This document shows positions 32,997 to 45,706 of a stretch of DNA of 64,000 bases, in pieces; position 1 is the first letter of the stretch, and each line of letters begins with the position of its first letter. Source of the DNA: Methanomassiliicoccaceae archaeon (GTDB lineage: Archaea > Thermoplasmatota > Thermoplasmata > Methanomassiliicoccales > Methanomassiliicoccaceae). The stretch covers positions 34,066 to 98,065 of the forward strand of contig CAVSJV010000018.1 of assembly GCA_963728405.1 (NCBI GenBank), read 5' to 3'. The notes below the pieces were generated by a model. That model was not told the origin of the DNA. It did no database searches and saw nothing but the letters and a program-made list of their open reading frames with translations. The position numbers and the translations under genes were made by a program.

Positions 32997-34928
32997 ATGC
33001 GACAGAGCGCGATCGAGGAGGCGGCTAGCTCCGACGAGCACGGTTGTTGCGGGGAAGAGGGACTGCTGCGCTCGTTCCTAGAGCAGGCACCCACGGCCAT
33101 TGGCATCTCCCGCCGCGGTCTGACCGTCTATGCCAATCCCCGGTACCTCAAGATGTTCGGTTTTTCATCTCTCGATGAGGTGTGCGGTCGCCCCCTGACC
33201 GAACAGATCGCCCCGCACGAACGGGAAAGGGTGATGAAGCTCGCGCTCCGCCACGATGGTGGAGAGCTGGTGGGGACCGAGAACGAGATGGTAGGTTTGC
33301 GCAAGGACGGGACGGAGTTCCCTTTTTATGTGGCCATCACCCGGGTGAGCCTGCCCGACGGCCCTGCGGTCCTGGGATTCTTCACCGACATCACCGACCG
33401 CAGGAAGGCCGAGGACGAACTGCGGGACAGCGAGGTCCGCTACCGCCGCCTGTCCGAGGCCGCCTTCGAGGGCATCGTGGTGCACCTGAACGGGCCGATC
33501 GTGGACATGAACGAAGGGTTCCTGATCTTGACCGGGTACGAAAGAACGGAGCTTCTGGGCAAGATCGTCTGTGACCTCTTCACGCCGCGGACGAAGGAGG
33601 CGGCGGTCCAGGCGGTCAGGTACGGCCGGGTCGAGCCGTACGAGGCGGAGATCACCAGAAAGGACGGCCAACCACTGATCGTCCAGATCCGAGGCCGCCG
33701 TACCGTCTACGGGGGGAAGAAAGCACGCATCGCCGCCTACCAGGACATCACCGAGCAGGTCAACGCTCGAAAACGGATAGAGCAGCTGGCGGCCAAACGG
33801 GAGGAGGAACGGCTCCGCCTGAGGACCATCCTCGACACTCTACCGGTGGGCGTCCTCATCGCCGATGCCACCGGGGCGGTCATCGAGGCCAATGGGTCGG
33901 CCAAGGAGATCATGGGCGGTTCTTTACCCCTGACCCATAGCATCGACGAGTTCCTGGTCTATCGGGGATGGTGGGCGGACAGCGGCATTCCCTTGAGGCC
34001 GGAGGATTGGGCCCTGGCACGAACGATCACGAAGGGAGCGAGCACGAAGGGCCAGGTCATCGATGTCGAAAGGTTCGATGGCACCAGAGGGACGATCCTC
34101 AATTCCGGTGCCCCGCTCAAGGATGATGGGGGCCATATCATCGGTGGGGTGGCGGTCTTCGAGGACATCACCAGGCAGCGGGAGCTGGAGCGCGAGGCGG
34201 TCGAGGCCAAGGAGCGGGCCGAGCTGTACATCGATCTCTTGACCCACGACATCAACAACATGAACACGGCAATGCTGGGCTACCTTCAGCTGGTGATCGA
34301 AAGAGGTGATCTGCTCGAGAAGACCGAAGTACAACTTGGTAGATCGATAGGGATCCTTAACAGCAGCTCCCACCTCATCGAGAACGTCAAGAAGATACAA
34401 CAGATCGAGTCCTCCGGTTCTGGACATGGGATCGTTGACCTGGGCTGGCTCCTGGAGGATGTGGTCCAGAATTTCGAAGGGCAGCCAGGAACGGAAGTGC
34501 GGATCAGTTACGCTCCCCAGTTGAAACAATTGGTCATCGCCAGCGAGCTGCTGAGGGATGTCTTCACCAACATCATCGGCAACGCCATCAAGCATGCCAG
34601 TGGTCCGGTCACCATCGATGTTCAGTTGAGCAAGAGCTACGAGGATGGGATCGAGTACTACCGGGTCGATATCGAGGATGATGGTCCGGGCGTTCCCGAC
34701 GAAATGAAGGATAAGGTATTTTCCAGATTGCAACGAGGAAAGACCAGGGCCACCGGGGCCGGTCTGGGCCTGTACCTGGTGAGGCGGTTGGTCGAGGACT
34801 ACCATGGCCGGGTGTGGGTGGAGGACCGCGTTCATGGAGATTTTACTCAGGGCGCGAAGTTCGTGGTCCTATTGCCCATCGCCTCGAACGATGGGTCGAC
34901 CGATGGTTTGCGGATGCCTGCCCGGTGA
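32997..34928 (+). CDS. PAS sensor histidine kinase (HDINN type)
   Basis: Three PAS domains, LLTHDINN, NIIGNAIKH, DDGPG, GAGLGLY, WVEDRV. Confidence 0.93.
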   Translation: MRQSAIEEAASSDEHGCCGEEGLLRSFLEQAPTAIGISRRGLTVYANPRYLKMFGFSSLDEVCGRPLTEQIAPHERERVMKLALRHDGGELVGTENEMVGLRKDGTEFPFYVAITRVSLPDGPAVLGFFTDITDRRKAEDELRDSEVRYRRLSEAAFEGIVVHLNGPIVDMNEGFLILTGYERTELLGKIVCDLFTPRTKEAAVQAVRYGRVEPYEAEITRKDGQPLIVQIRGRRTVYGGKKARIAAYQDITEQVNARKRIEQLAAKREEERLRLRTILDTLPVGVLIADATGAVIEANGSAKEIMGGSLPLTHSIDEFLVYRGWWADSGIPLRPEDWALARTITKGASTKGQVIDVERFDGTRGTILNSGAPLKDDGGHIIGGVAVFEDITRQRELEREAVEAKERAELYIDLLTHDINNMNTAMLGYLQLVIERGDLLEKTEVQLGRSIGILNSSSHLIENVKKIQQIESSGSGHGIVDLGWLLEDVVQNFEGQPGTEVRISYAPQLKQLVIASELLRDVFTNIIGNAIKHASGPVTIDVQLSKSYEDGIEYYRVDIEDDGPGVPDEMKDKVFSRLQRGKTRATGAGLGLYLVRRLVEDYHGRVWVEDRVHGDFTQGAKFVVLLPIASNDGSTDGLRMPAR

Positions 34929-35027
34929 CATTGATCTTAACTGGACGGTGACCTCGTTTCTCCGGTAGAACAGATTCCTTGAAGTACTAGCTGCCCCAGT
35001 TGGTGCCCTATTGGAGGAAAACCGCTC

Positions 35028-36173
35028 ATGGAAAAGCTGAACGGTATGCTCGATGAACCAGTGGCGACGATGGACCAATGGGAAGAGAGCTGGTATCAGC
35101 TGCAGGTCATTCTGGAGATCATACCGGTAGGCCTCCTGATCATCGATGCCAACGGTCGATTTCTCCGGACCAACTCCATGTTCAATGACATGTGGGGAGG
35201 GGAGCTGCCGTTCATAGAGCGCTTCAGTGAGCTCTCCTCCCTTAGCGCCTGGTGGTCCGACACCGGGGTCCGTCTACGGACCGAGGACTGGGGCATCTAT
35301 CGAGCGGTCAGGACCGGAGGGCCGGTGGCCGGCGATATCATCGACGTCCAGCGAGCGGACGGGACGATGGGCACGCTGGTCACTTCCTCGGCCCCCATCC
35401 GTACTGGGTCGGGAGAGGTGGTGGGGGCGATCGCGGTCGTTCAGGACATCACCAGGCAGCGGGAGCTGGAGCACATCGCCGAGGAGGCCCTGGAGCGTAA
35501 CCAGCTGTACATCGATATCCTGAGCCACGACATCAACAATCTCAATGCCGCCACCCTGGGGTACCTGCAGCTGCTGGGCGACCGGGGGGACCTGGGGGAG
35601 AAGGAGAGGGGGTGGGTCTCTAGCGCGGAACGGTCCGTCGATGAGGTCACCCGGCTGATCGAAACGATGAACCGCATTCAGACGCTCGGATCGAGCGACG
35701 AGGCCCGGGTCCATGACCTCTCCGGGGTCATCCGGCACATCAAGGAGGAGGTCGAGCTGGTCTCCGGTCGGAAGATCGTCATCGACTACTCCGGAACGGA
35801 GGTCCACGAGGTCATGGCCACCGGACTGTTGCAGGACATCTTCGCCTGCATCATCGGTAACGCCATCGCCCATTCCACCGAATCTCTTACTATCGGGGTG
35901 AGCATCGATACCATCGACCGCAAGGGGATGAAGTACAAGCAGGTCAGCATCGAGGACGATGGTCCGGGGATCCCCGACGAGCTGAAGGGAACGGTCTTCT
36001 CCCGGATCAAGCGAGGGACCACCAAGGGTGTGGGCAGCGGGCTGGGGCTGTACCTGGTCAAGCGGCTGGTCGATGGCATGGGCGGCGAGATCAGGGTCGA
36101 GGACCGCGTTCCCGGGGACCACGCGCAGGGCGCGAGGTTCGTGGTGCTGCTGCCGGCCGCTCCCGTGCGGTAG
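35028..36173 (+). CDS. PAS sensor histidine kinase (HDINN type)
   Basis: One PAS domain, ILSHDINN, DDGPG, GSGLGLY. Confidence 0.92.
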   Translation: MEKLNGMLDEPVATMDQWEESWYQLQVILEIIPVGLLIIDANGRFLRTNSMFNDMWGGELPFIERFSELSSLSAWWSDTGVRLRTEDWGIYRAVRTGGPVAGDIIDVQRADGTMGTLVTSSAPIRTGSGEVVGAIAVVQDITRQRELEHIAEEALERNQLYIDILSHDINNLNAATLGYLQLLGDRGDLGEKERGWVSSAERSVDEVTRLIETMNRIQTLGSSDEARVHDLSGVIRHIKEEVELVSGRKIVIDYSGTEVHEVMATGLLQDIFACIIGNAIAHSTESLTIGVSIDTIDRKGMKYKQVSIEDDGPGIPDELKGTVFSRIKRGTTKGVGSGLGLYLVKRLVDGMGGEIRVEDRVPGDHAQGARFVVLLPAAPVR

Positions 36174-36192
36174 AGCTCGCGTTCACGAATCA

Positions 36193-36372
36193 ATGATGAC
36201 CGACCTAGGCGGAGTGGTCGGTGGAGCACTTATCGCCATCATGCTCATCATGATGCTCTCTTCGAAGGAGCTCATTTCTTCTTCCGCCTTGAACTCGCCG
36301 CGGGTCAAGAAGGCGCTGAACCTGGCCATCATTCCCTTGTTAGCAGCGTATGTTCTAGACGTGCATTTATGA
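36193..36372 (+). CDS. Small two-TM membrane protein
   Basis: MMTDLGGVVGGALIAIMLIMMLSSKEL...KALNLAIIPLL. Confidence 0.55.
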   Translation: MMTDLGGVVGGALIAIMLIMMLSSKELISSSALNSPRVKKALNLAIIPLLAAYVLDVHL

Positions 36373-36779
36373 TCATGATGCGAAACAATATTTTTTTAGA
36401 ATAAACGCTCGACCCCGAAGGCGTGGATCTCATTGTTGCTGGTAAGCTGGTCCGCTTCCATAGCCAGACCTTGGAATTGTTAAGCTCCTTGATTATTTGA
36501 ATTCAGCAGTCATTCGACCGTCTGGATGCTCCCCCAGTAGTTGAGGCCCATGACCTACGTCTCGGAGCTGCGATCACCTTCCTGCCTCAGCTGTCTGGAT
36601 GTCTTTCGCAAGATGGGGCCGGTCGTCATGATGCACTGAGCTGATCTATAAATATTTCAAAGATTTATGAATCTGGATTAAGCAGATCTGTATATCATTA
36701 TGTTTTTCGATATTGTATTTAGGTACATTAGTTTTAAAAACATTATCATTATCTCCAGTCGATCGGTGGGGAACTATTT

Positions 36780-38004
36780 ATGAAAATCCTGCGCGTCGTT
36801 AGCGATCTTTATCCCTCGGTAGTGGGTGGGTTGGGATTGCATGCACATGAGCTTTCAAAGGCGCAGGCCCAGCTCGGCCATCAGGTAACTGTTCTCACAT
36901 CAAAAACCGATGACCTGCCGACAGTTCGAAAGTCGAGACGGATACCGGATCATTCGCCTGAGGCCGTTGTCAAGCCCATTGGGGAATGCAATGTTGCCAA
37001 CGATCGTGCTTAACCTGGCGAGCCGTGGTGATAACTATGACCTCATCCACGCCCATTCCCATCTTTCCCTCTCAACGAACATTTGTGCCGCTTTCAGACG
37101 TGTTCACTCGCCCCCCCTCATAATTACCAATCACGGCCTGATCTCTCAAACGGCCCCGATGGGGCTGCAGAACCTATACCTGCCAACCGTAGCGAAGTGG
37201 ACATTCCGGTCCGCTGATGGGATTATATGTTACACCGAAAATGAAAAAGCCGAGATGGTCAAGATGGGGGTTTCCGATCAAAAGATCTCGGTCATTCATA
37301 ACGGCATAGATACCAGGCTGTTCCGACCTGGCCCCATCGATCACCAAAGCAAGACCCTCCTATGGATCGGACGCTATACGCCGGGAAAGGGCGTCGAATA
37401 CTTGATCGATGCTTTCGCTCTTTTCAAGAAGGACCACGCCGATTTTTCGCTCATGATGATCGGTAGGGGGCCCAATAAGGATGCCATTCTGGAGAGGATA
37501 CGGAAATTAGGTCTGACGGACTCCGTGATCATCAGGGACTTTGTGCCCAATTCCGAACTACCGGAAGTTTATCGAAATGCGCGTGCGTTCGTTCTGCCGA
37601 GCCTGGAGGAAGGGGTCCCCCGGTCGATTCTTGAAGCGATGGCCTGCGGCGTACCGGTGGTCTGCACAAATTTGCCGCAGCTGGTCAGCATCGTTTCTGG
37701 AGCAGGCCGGCTTATTCCTCCCAGGGATTCAAGATCGATTGCAGACCAGCTTTCTCAGATCATTGCCAATGAGGGTCTATCGCTTCGCTTAGGAAAAGTT
37801 GGCATCGAACGAGTTCGAGCCCATTACTCTTGGGATGACACGGTCAGAAGGACGCTTGAATTGTATGAACATGTCGTAGGTGTCAGAAATGGATATCAAC
37901 CTCAACACCATGTGGAAGGCTATAGCCTGAGCGACTCAGCAGATGAGATCGACCCCAATGTCATATCGTCCGTAAACGCCGATAACTTTGAAAGCAGCCC
38001 GTAG
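36780..38004 (+). CDS. Glycosyltransferase family 4 (frameshift near 36925)
   Basis: MKILRVVSDLYPSVVGG, IHAHS, KGVEYLI, EGVPRSILEAMACG (EX7E). Confidence 0.92.
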
Positions 38005-38014
38005 GTCGGAGGTA

Positions 38015-38996
38015 ATGATGTCAAAGATCGTAGTCACGGGAGGAGCGGGTTTCATCGGCTCTCACATTGTCGAGGAGGTTGCACGAGAGAATGAGGTCGT
38101 TATTCTCGACAATCTAGATGATTATTATTCGCCCGCTCTGAAGCGCCAAAACCTTGCTATCCTCCTAAAAAATCCAAATGTGAGTTTCATTGAAGGGGAC
38201 ATCACTGACCTATCACTTGTAAAATCTGTGATTAACGCCGATGTGGATTATGTATTCCACGAGGCTGCTCAGGCAGGCGTTCGAATATCAGTCGACAATC
38301 CATTCAAACCGAACGATATCAATGTAGTTGGGACCCTCAATGTCCTACAGGCGTCACTAGATGCGGGAGTGAAGAGAGTCATTAATGCGTCTTCTTCTTC
38401 CGTTTATGGTAAGGTGAAATATCTGCCATTTGATGAGTCACATCCAACGCAGCCAGTTTCTCCCTATGGTGTCTCGAAACTCGCCGCCGAGCACTATTGC
38501 CGGGTCTTCTATGAGGTTTACGGCCTTCCCACTGTCTCCCTCCGTTACTTCACAGTCTATGGCCCACGGATGCGTCCGGACCTCGCGATCTCCATCTTCA
38601 CCCGGAAGATGCTCGCGAACGAGCCTATTACGGTCTTTGGGGACGGGAATCAGACCCGTGATTTCACCTACATTGACGACATCGTCCGGGTGAACCTGAG
38701 GCTGCTGGAGACGAGTGCTGCCGATGGTCATGCGATGAACGTTCGGCGGGGGCCACCGGATCACGATGAACGACCTGATCGATCATCTTCGGGAGATTAC
38801 CGGGAGCACGTCTGAAGTGGTATACTCTGACAAGCAGAAGGGCGATGCGGAACATACGCTGGCAGATATAAGCCTGGCGAGGAAGCTTGTTGGGTGTGTA
38901 CCTGAGACAACAATTGTGGACGGTCTGAAGAGGTTTGTTGACTGGCATACAGCATCCCAACAGCAACCATTTCATGATGCGAGGGTCCTCTCTTGA
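38015..38996 (+). CDS. NAD-dependent nucleotide-sugar epimerase/dehydratase (frameshift near 38750)
   Basis: VTGGAGFIGSH, SSSSVYG, YGVSK, LRYFTVYGPRMRPD, TRDFTYIDD. Confidence 0.93.
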
Positions 38997-40130
38997 AATT
39001 GCTGATTTGCACAACGGAATATTACCCCCATGGTGCAGGCATTGCCAACGTTGTCTACAACGTTGTGGAACATCTCAAGGAAATGGGTGTTGAGTGCACA
39101 GTATGTTCTCCAACAGGCCCCGAAATAAAACTTGGAAGTCAAGCCTTAATTCAGAAGACAGGCATCGTGGGGTTGCTCAACTACTGGTATCATGTATCAC
39201 GACACTTTAAAGGCAACGAATACGACGCCGTCTGGCTCCACAACCCCTTTGTTACCATGGGGAACCCCTTTAGACGCTGTTTAGTAACAATGCACTCAAC
39301 CTATTACGGGTCAAGCACCCATGGGGTTGGAAATCTTCCCTTTCATCTATATAAGTCGCTCGCTTCTCACTTTGAGCATTACTGTATTACACGGATGCCT
39401 TCAACCGTCCAATTCACCGGAGTGGGTGAACCAGTCTGTGAAGAACTTGTGAATATCGGGATAACGGGGGATCGTATAACCTACATCCCCAACGGGGTCA
39501 ATGTAATGCAATTCCGCCCATCTCTTGACAAGAAAGCGCTACGGAAAAAATTCAAGATTCCTGAGGATGATGTTATCATCCTAAGTGTCGGCCGGCTGAC
39601 TGCCGCTAAACAGCCCTTTACATTGATAGAGATCTTCTCGCAACTCGAGAGGAATTTAGGGGGAGTGACTCTCTGCATCGCAGGTAAAGGCGAACTCCTC
39701 GAGGCAACGAAAGACCTTGTTCAGAAGAGAGGGGATTGCGCAATGTTCTGTTCCTTGGGCATGTTGACTATGGCCAGGATCTTCCTGAACTCTATGCCTG
39801 CTCTGATTATTATATTATGACTTCAAAATATGAGGGTGGGATGCCTCCTCTAACCTTAGCAGAAGCGATGGCCTCGGGACTTCCATGCATGGTGTCTGAT
39901 ATCCCGAACTTGAGGATTGTGAAGGATGCGGATTGTGGGATAGTAGTGGCCTATGATGATGCTACAAAAGTGGCAGATTCTTAATTACCTAAATGATGAG
40001 CATATAGGCCAAGCAAAGAATGCAAGAGAATATGTGGTGAAACATTTGGATTGGGCATCCATTTCAGATCATTATGCTATTCTTAATAAATTAGGGAAAG
40101 CTACATGGATGTTTTCGACAAAAATCGTGA
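38993..40130 (+). CDS. Glycosyltransferase family 4 (frameshifted)
   Basis: YIPNGV, SVGRLTAAK, EGGMPPLTLAEAMASGLP across three frames. Confidence 0.85.
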
Positions 40131-40135
40131 TAAGA

Positions 40136-42009
40136 ATGTTTGATAAGTTTTCAAAGATTTGGGATCTTAACAACATCGATAGGACACTCGCTATCTTGGG
40201 TGCAATAGCCTCGATTGTTTTGATCCTATTCCTTGCAATGCGGACCGATCGAGCCGAATACCTTCTTATTGGATTTCTTGTCTTGGCATCATGCCTTCTC
40301 TGGCTCTTGAAAAGAAAAAGTACGAATTCATTGGACCTTTATCGAGTGAAACCATATTTGAACTTTAAGATTTGTGTATTATCATATATATTACTTTTTA
40401 TACTGAGTGTATTAATATTATTTGCAGGCCAAGCCTGTATGAGCGGCCCATTCAGTATTTTGTCATCATTACTATAATGGTATTTATTCTAGCTTATGAA
40501 ATTTTTCACTCAAAAAAGGAGAATATTGCTATTCTACTTTTACAAATAATGGCACTCGGTGTAAATCTCAGTTGGTCCCAGCTCCTTATCTTTCCCGGAT
40601 TAATTGGGGTGGATCTGGCCTATCATAGTAACCTTGTTTCACAAATAATCCAGTCTCAGAGCCTACCAGATGGGTATAGTTATGGAAAATTACCGCTATT
40701 CCACCTAATTATTTCTGAGACATCATTGATTCTTAATGTAGGGTATAAGTTCGCTGCAATGGCATCGGTTAGCCTTGCCCAAATTGTATGTAACGCCTTG
40801 TTTATTTACTTGATTGCATTTGGCGTTTTCAAGAATCATATAATTGGATGCTTATCTTCTCTATTCGTCGTCATCTCCAACTTCAACATATTCATGAGTT
40901 ACTGGTCGATACCAAATGCATTTGCAGGGATATTTATAATAATTGTTATATATTTAATTTTTGTTTTAAAAGAGCGTCATGAGTTAAAAGTATCTGGGCT
41001 TATACTATTATTTTTGTTTACTATTGTCTGGACACATACTCTTACAGCTATGTGTTTGGCAATTCTTCTTTTCGTAACATGGATTGTTACTTACGTACAT
41101 TCCTATTGCACCGGGATTAAAAACGCATTATATCCAACTAGCCCTTCCTATCCTGTTTACTATCATTATGTTTTCGTGGTGGGCTTATGCATCTAATAGC
41201 ATTTGGATGTTCAGTCAAATGATTAAGTGGGGGTTCAGTATAGATTTTTTTAATTGATCCTCGAAAATTGGAGAATATGTCGCTCAGACGCCGGCGATTG
41301 AACGGATTTTTAAGTACCTTGGAATGTATTTATTCTTTGCCTTATCTTTAATAGGGATATTATATATGGTATCAAGGAAAGGGGACGAAGGCCAGTTTTT
41401 ATTTGGCCTTCACAGCTTTGGCTCCTCTCGTTATTGTATTTACTGCTCAGCTCATGGGCCTTGGGATAATATCAGAGAGATGGTGGTATTTTTCTGAGCT
41501 TTTACTGAGCATACCGTTAGCAATAACATTCGTAATACTTTACGGCCGGAATGCCAATAGAAGGTATTTCTTGAAGGTTATTCCAATATTTATCGGCTTG
41601 ATTGCATTCTTGTTGATTATGAGTCCTCCAGCCAATGTGGATAATCATACATTTTCGGAGCACAGCGGAGTAACATATGCTCTTACCGTTTCTGAATTGT
41701 ATTCGAGCGATTACTTAGGTTCACATGCTAACACTTCCGTTATATTGTCGGACCAATTTTTTTTACCTCACTCAAAGGTGGAAAAATCCAAATTTAGAGG
41801 ATATGAGTGAGGAGTTAGATGCTAGAAGCTTTACCAATAATGCAAATGCCACAATCCTAATCCGTGAGGCAATCGTTAATAAACCAATGAACTTCTATTC
41901 GACAACAATCACGTTGGAATACGACCCAAATAACTTACTATCTGAACAACCATTTCATAAGATATACGACTGCAAATCGGTCTGTATATATGTGGGAAAT
42001 GAGTTCTGA
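40136..42009 (+). CDS. Polytopic membrane protein of the glycan cluster (polymerase/GT-C-like; multiple frameshifts)
   Basis: Many TM segments; GVDLAYH, YGKLPLFH, RWWYF, C-terminal KIYD soluble domain. Confidence 0.65.
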
Positions 42010-42111
42010 TGAATCTCATGGGGGGAGAATTATCAATCCTCAGAGTTTATTAAAATAGCAAATGGATTTGTTTCGTACATGTTCAACATCGTTATAATGA
42101 TAAACTCGAAT

Positions 42112-43067
42112 TTACCCCTCTATATTCAACATCTGACAAGTTTTATCCCATATGAATCGAGAAAGGCCTGTTGGCATAATTAGAAAAATCAGTGCCACAA
42201 TCTTTCTAGAATAGAAGTATCGAGTTCGGCATTCAGATATAATATCCATGGCTGTTGTTCGGTCTCCGGATAGAACACACCTTACTGCCCGTGCCAACTC
42301 CCTTTTGGCGATATATGCTTTAATTTCATGCATTCTTTCAGGACTGACTTCACCTCTCCGTATGGCACATTGTATCGTTAATATGATGGGCTCTTTTTCG
42401 AGTGGAAGTGCTTGTTTACATGCTCTACCCGATGCGTTTAAATGATATATTGCTCCATGTTCCCAGCTGAACGCTATGGGGTATTTTAAAGCAATTTTTC
42501 CCCATAATTCTGCATCTTCTCCCCACTTTTTACCAATGGGGCATCCTCCAACGTTAGTGTAAATTTTCTTTGGAATTGCTACCACAGAAGAGTTAACTGG
42601 ATACTTTCCTAATGCCGAAGATAAAAAATATGATGGAATAAGCCCCTCCCATGGGTGCTTCGGTATGCACTTGTAAGCGGGCCATCTCTCCTTTCCATTG
42701 GATTGATGCATACTAAACCTAGTCGCATAAGCCCCCGCTTCAGGATATTTAGACTTTAGTCTGTTTATGGTTTCAAGATGCTTGCAATGATCATCATCCG
42801 CATCTAGAAATGCGATTAATTCTGCCCGGGCCTCCCCACCCCCCTATTTTCTTGCCGCCGACACTCCTTGATCTTCTGTTGGATCAGTCTAATTCTAGAA
42901 TCGTTAAACCCTTTGACGACCGCCACCCCATCATCGATTGAGCCGTCATTGACGACGATTACTTCGAAGTCCTGAAAGGTCTGGCGAGCATCGACCCAAG
43001 CGCCAGCAATATGGGGGCCTTTATTATATAATGGGATGACGACCGAGACTGTTGGTATATTCGACAT
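42112..43067 (-). CDS. Glycosyltransferase family 2 (frameshifted)
   Basis: VSVVIPLYNK, VVNDGS, IAFLDADD, WGEDAELW. Confidence 0.88.
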
Positions 43068-43068
43068 A

Positions 43069-44320
43069 TTAAGTCGCTCCAACAATCTGTTTCAGACTCG
43101 TCCCAGCACTCAACGCAACTTTTTGGACTTTTGGCATTATTCGATTCAAATCTTTCTTGATTGCAACACGGTCTTCCAACATGGATAATAACTGGTCAGA
43201 AACAAGCTTCTCATCCAAATCTTTGGGCACCATGCAATAATCATCGTGGCCGAAGATATCCCAATTGATTCCCCGCGACTTTATGCTGTAGCCGAAGCTC
43301 AATGTTGGGACAATTGAGGAGAGAGCAGCGATCGTCGAGTGGGTGCGTGCCCCTGCGAAGAGAGTCATACGGCTGATAATCCACTTTATTTCCCTGGCGT
43401 TATATATTGGTGCGATTAATAACAATATTATCCCTCTTATCTATTAGCGAAAGCGCCTGCTGCATGAATGCATGGTCATTAGAGGTTGGAATAGTCACAT
43501 GGGGATTATAAACCTGCATTCCTGTCTTATTAGCAACACCGCTGATAATTGATGCCGCTTTCCTTATCCACGCATCTACATTGCCGTCAGTGACATACTT
43601 TGCCATCAGGGGGCTAAGGTTGAGGCCAATTCGCCTCCTTATCAAGCCAAACCTCGCCGTCTGTCCCTTCTGGTTTCAATGGGTCCATGAGAAATGCCGG
43701 GTCTGCGACAGGGTAAACATTGTTAGTCACATCTATGCTCTTGAGATATTTTATCGTCGCAGATTCTCGAGCGAAGACTCCGGTGATTTTCCTGAGGTGC
43801 CGGCTCATGTACTCTTCGTATTCTGGAATTTTATCAAAGGGGCCGACTCAAACCACCCCATATGATTAGGGGCTTATTCTCCCTTAAAACTAAATCATCA
43901 AGCATGGTGAACAATAATGGCCTGAATTATCCAGTGAGTAATTGTCCCCTCCGACCGATAGGACGGCTCTGGCTTCAGGTAGGAAAGGTAGTATATCGTT
44001 ATATATCGATTGACCATGCTTTTCCTTATTGAAGAATTTTTGAAAGATGAACTGCCAGGTCTTAGGGCTGTAGAATCGGGAAACGGCTTCGCGTTCTTTA
44101 TTTAGGACACTCAGCCGACAGGTGCTGTATGCTGTCGTCCATCTCGTTTTTTCTCTGTGCTTCAAACTCATTCTTTGAATTAAACAGGCTGATACATACG
44201 AACCTGGGGTCTCTGTAGTGATGTCTAAGGATGTTGACGGACCCTTTATTATCGCCTCGCATCCTCATTTCATATGGGCCATTCCCAGCCAATATAAAGA
44301 GTGGGCGCTCGTTGATTGAA
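43069..44320 (-). CDS. Polysaccharide pyruvyl transferase family (WcaK-like; multiple frameshifts)
   Basis: AGNGPYE, VGGDNYSLD, ARES, ADPAF, GARTHSTIAALSSIVPTL..GYSIK. Confidence 0.85.
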
Positions 44321-45705
44321 GATACCCCTTCAGGAAATCTTCTACAACAGCCGATGGAGCATGTGTAATCTCTTCAGTCTTCTGTAGCATCAACAACTTA
44401 TTCTGCTCTTGGCGCATACTCTCGCGAAACCGAGCCTTATCCAGGCCCACCTCGTCAATTTAACTCGAGAAATCGTGTTTTACTTCTATCTTGGCTTTCT
44501 TTTAGGAACTGCGCTTTCTTGATCGCGATTGGGTTGATACTCCGCTTGGCCGAAACCCTTTTCGATGGTATCCTCAGTCCATCCTTTTGAGCTAGCTATA
44601 GGCGGGTCCTTAAATCTTATGTTTAAATGTTTCTAGTCTGCTTTGACTTAGTTTTATTTTATTCATTGACACCAAGGACGCTACTAGCTCTCCATTATCT
44701 ATGCCATATCTGATTAGTTTGAGTAATTTCGGGTTATGTACTAAAATTAGGCTAGTCCCCTTCCAGACATTGGAGTACTCCGGTAACCAAGCATCCATGC
44801 ATGCTGCATCTGCGCATTCCGCGAAGACGTCGTCACAATAATTACACGGGTTCAAGGTGAACCATCGACTCAACCAGGCTTCTGATACTCCCTCGTTCCA
44901 GAACGCCTTCCCCTGCCTTTTGCCACAATTATTATTCTCACAATAAAAATAAAAATTGGATGGTTTCGCCCTCATCCTTCCCGCGATAATGTACTTTTGA
45001 CACATCGCTTTTCAATCCAGATAGGGCAACAAGATAACTAGTGTAATGCTTGCTTTTCATCTGACCGCATGTGATGCCAATGATGCACACTATTCGCTCT
45101 CGAAGATCTTGTTCCTCGCCTGAACGAGGCGAATGCCCTTGGCGAAGCACGGTAAGGCCGTTATTGCATAACGCCCCGGTGTGCTCATTATGTATGAAAG
45201 GGCATCCGATAATTGCACAGGATAATAGACTAATCGACAACGCTTTATTCCATACTCTCGATATCCCTCATGACAGAATATTTGAAGAGCGTTTCCGGTT
45301 CTTTCGTTGGCGAGACGCAAATCGCCGCATCGATCTCATTTTTCAACAAAACAACGGCGAGCAACCAGGTGGCCAAGCCACCCGATGCCGATTTTTCCCT
45401 ATGTTCTTCCGATGCGACGTTTCTGATGAATGATGTGAGGTAATATCCAGTAGCCTCGTCATGCTGGATGTTGGCGATTGACCCAAATAATCTCTCACCA
45501 ATCTTATCTTCGTTAGGATTGCCGTCACCAACGGTACTTTGTAGCACTGGCCGCATTCTTTTTGGCAATCTTTCTTTAAGTACGGCTCATACTCACCGTA
45601 TCTGTTGGTTCGCATGTCCAGGCTCTTTTGAGGGCAAACGGAAACACAAATTCCGCAGCCAACGCATATATCTGATGGAATGATGGAATCCACAACACAT
45701 GGCAT
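44265..45705 (-). CDS. FrhB-family (F420 hydrogenase/dehydrogenase beta subunit-like) Fe-S protein (multiple frameshifts)
   Basis: CVGCGICVSVCP ferredoxin motif, SASGGLAT, ALPC, GITCG, YRGK, CNYCDDVFAECAD..MDAWL. Confidence 0.85.
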
Positions 45706-45706
45706 T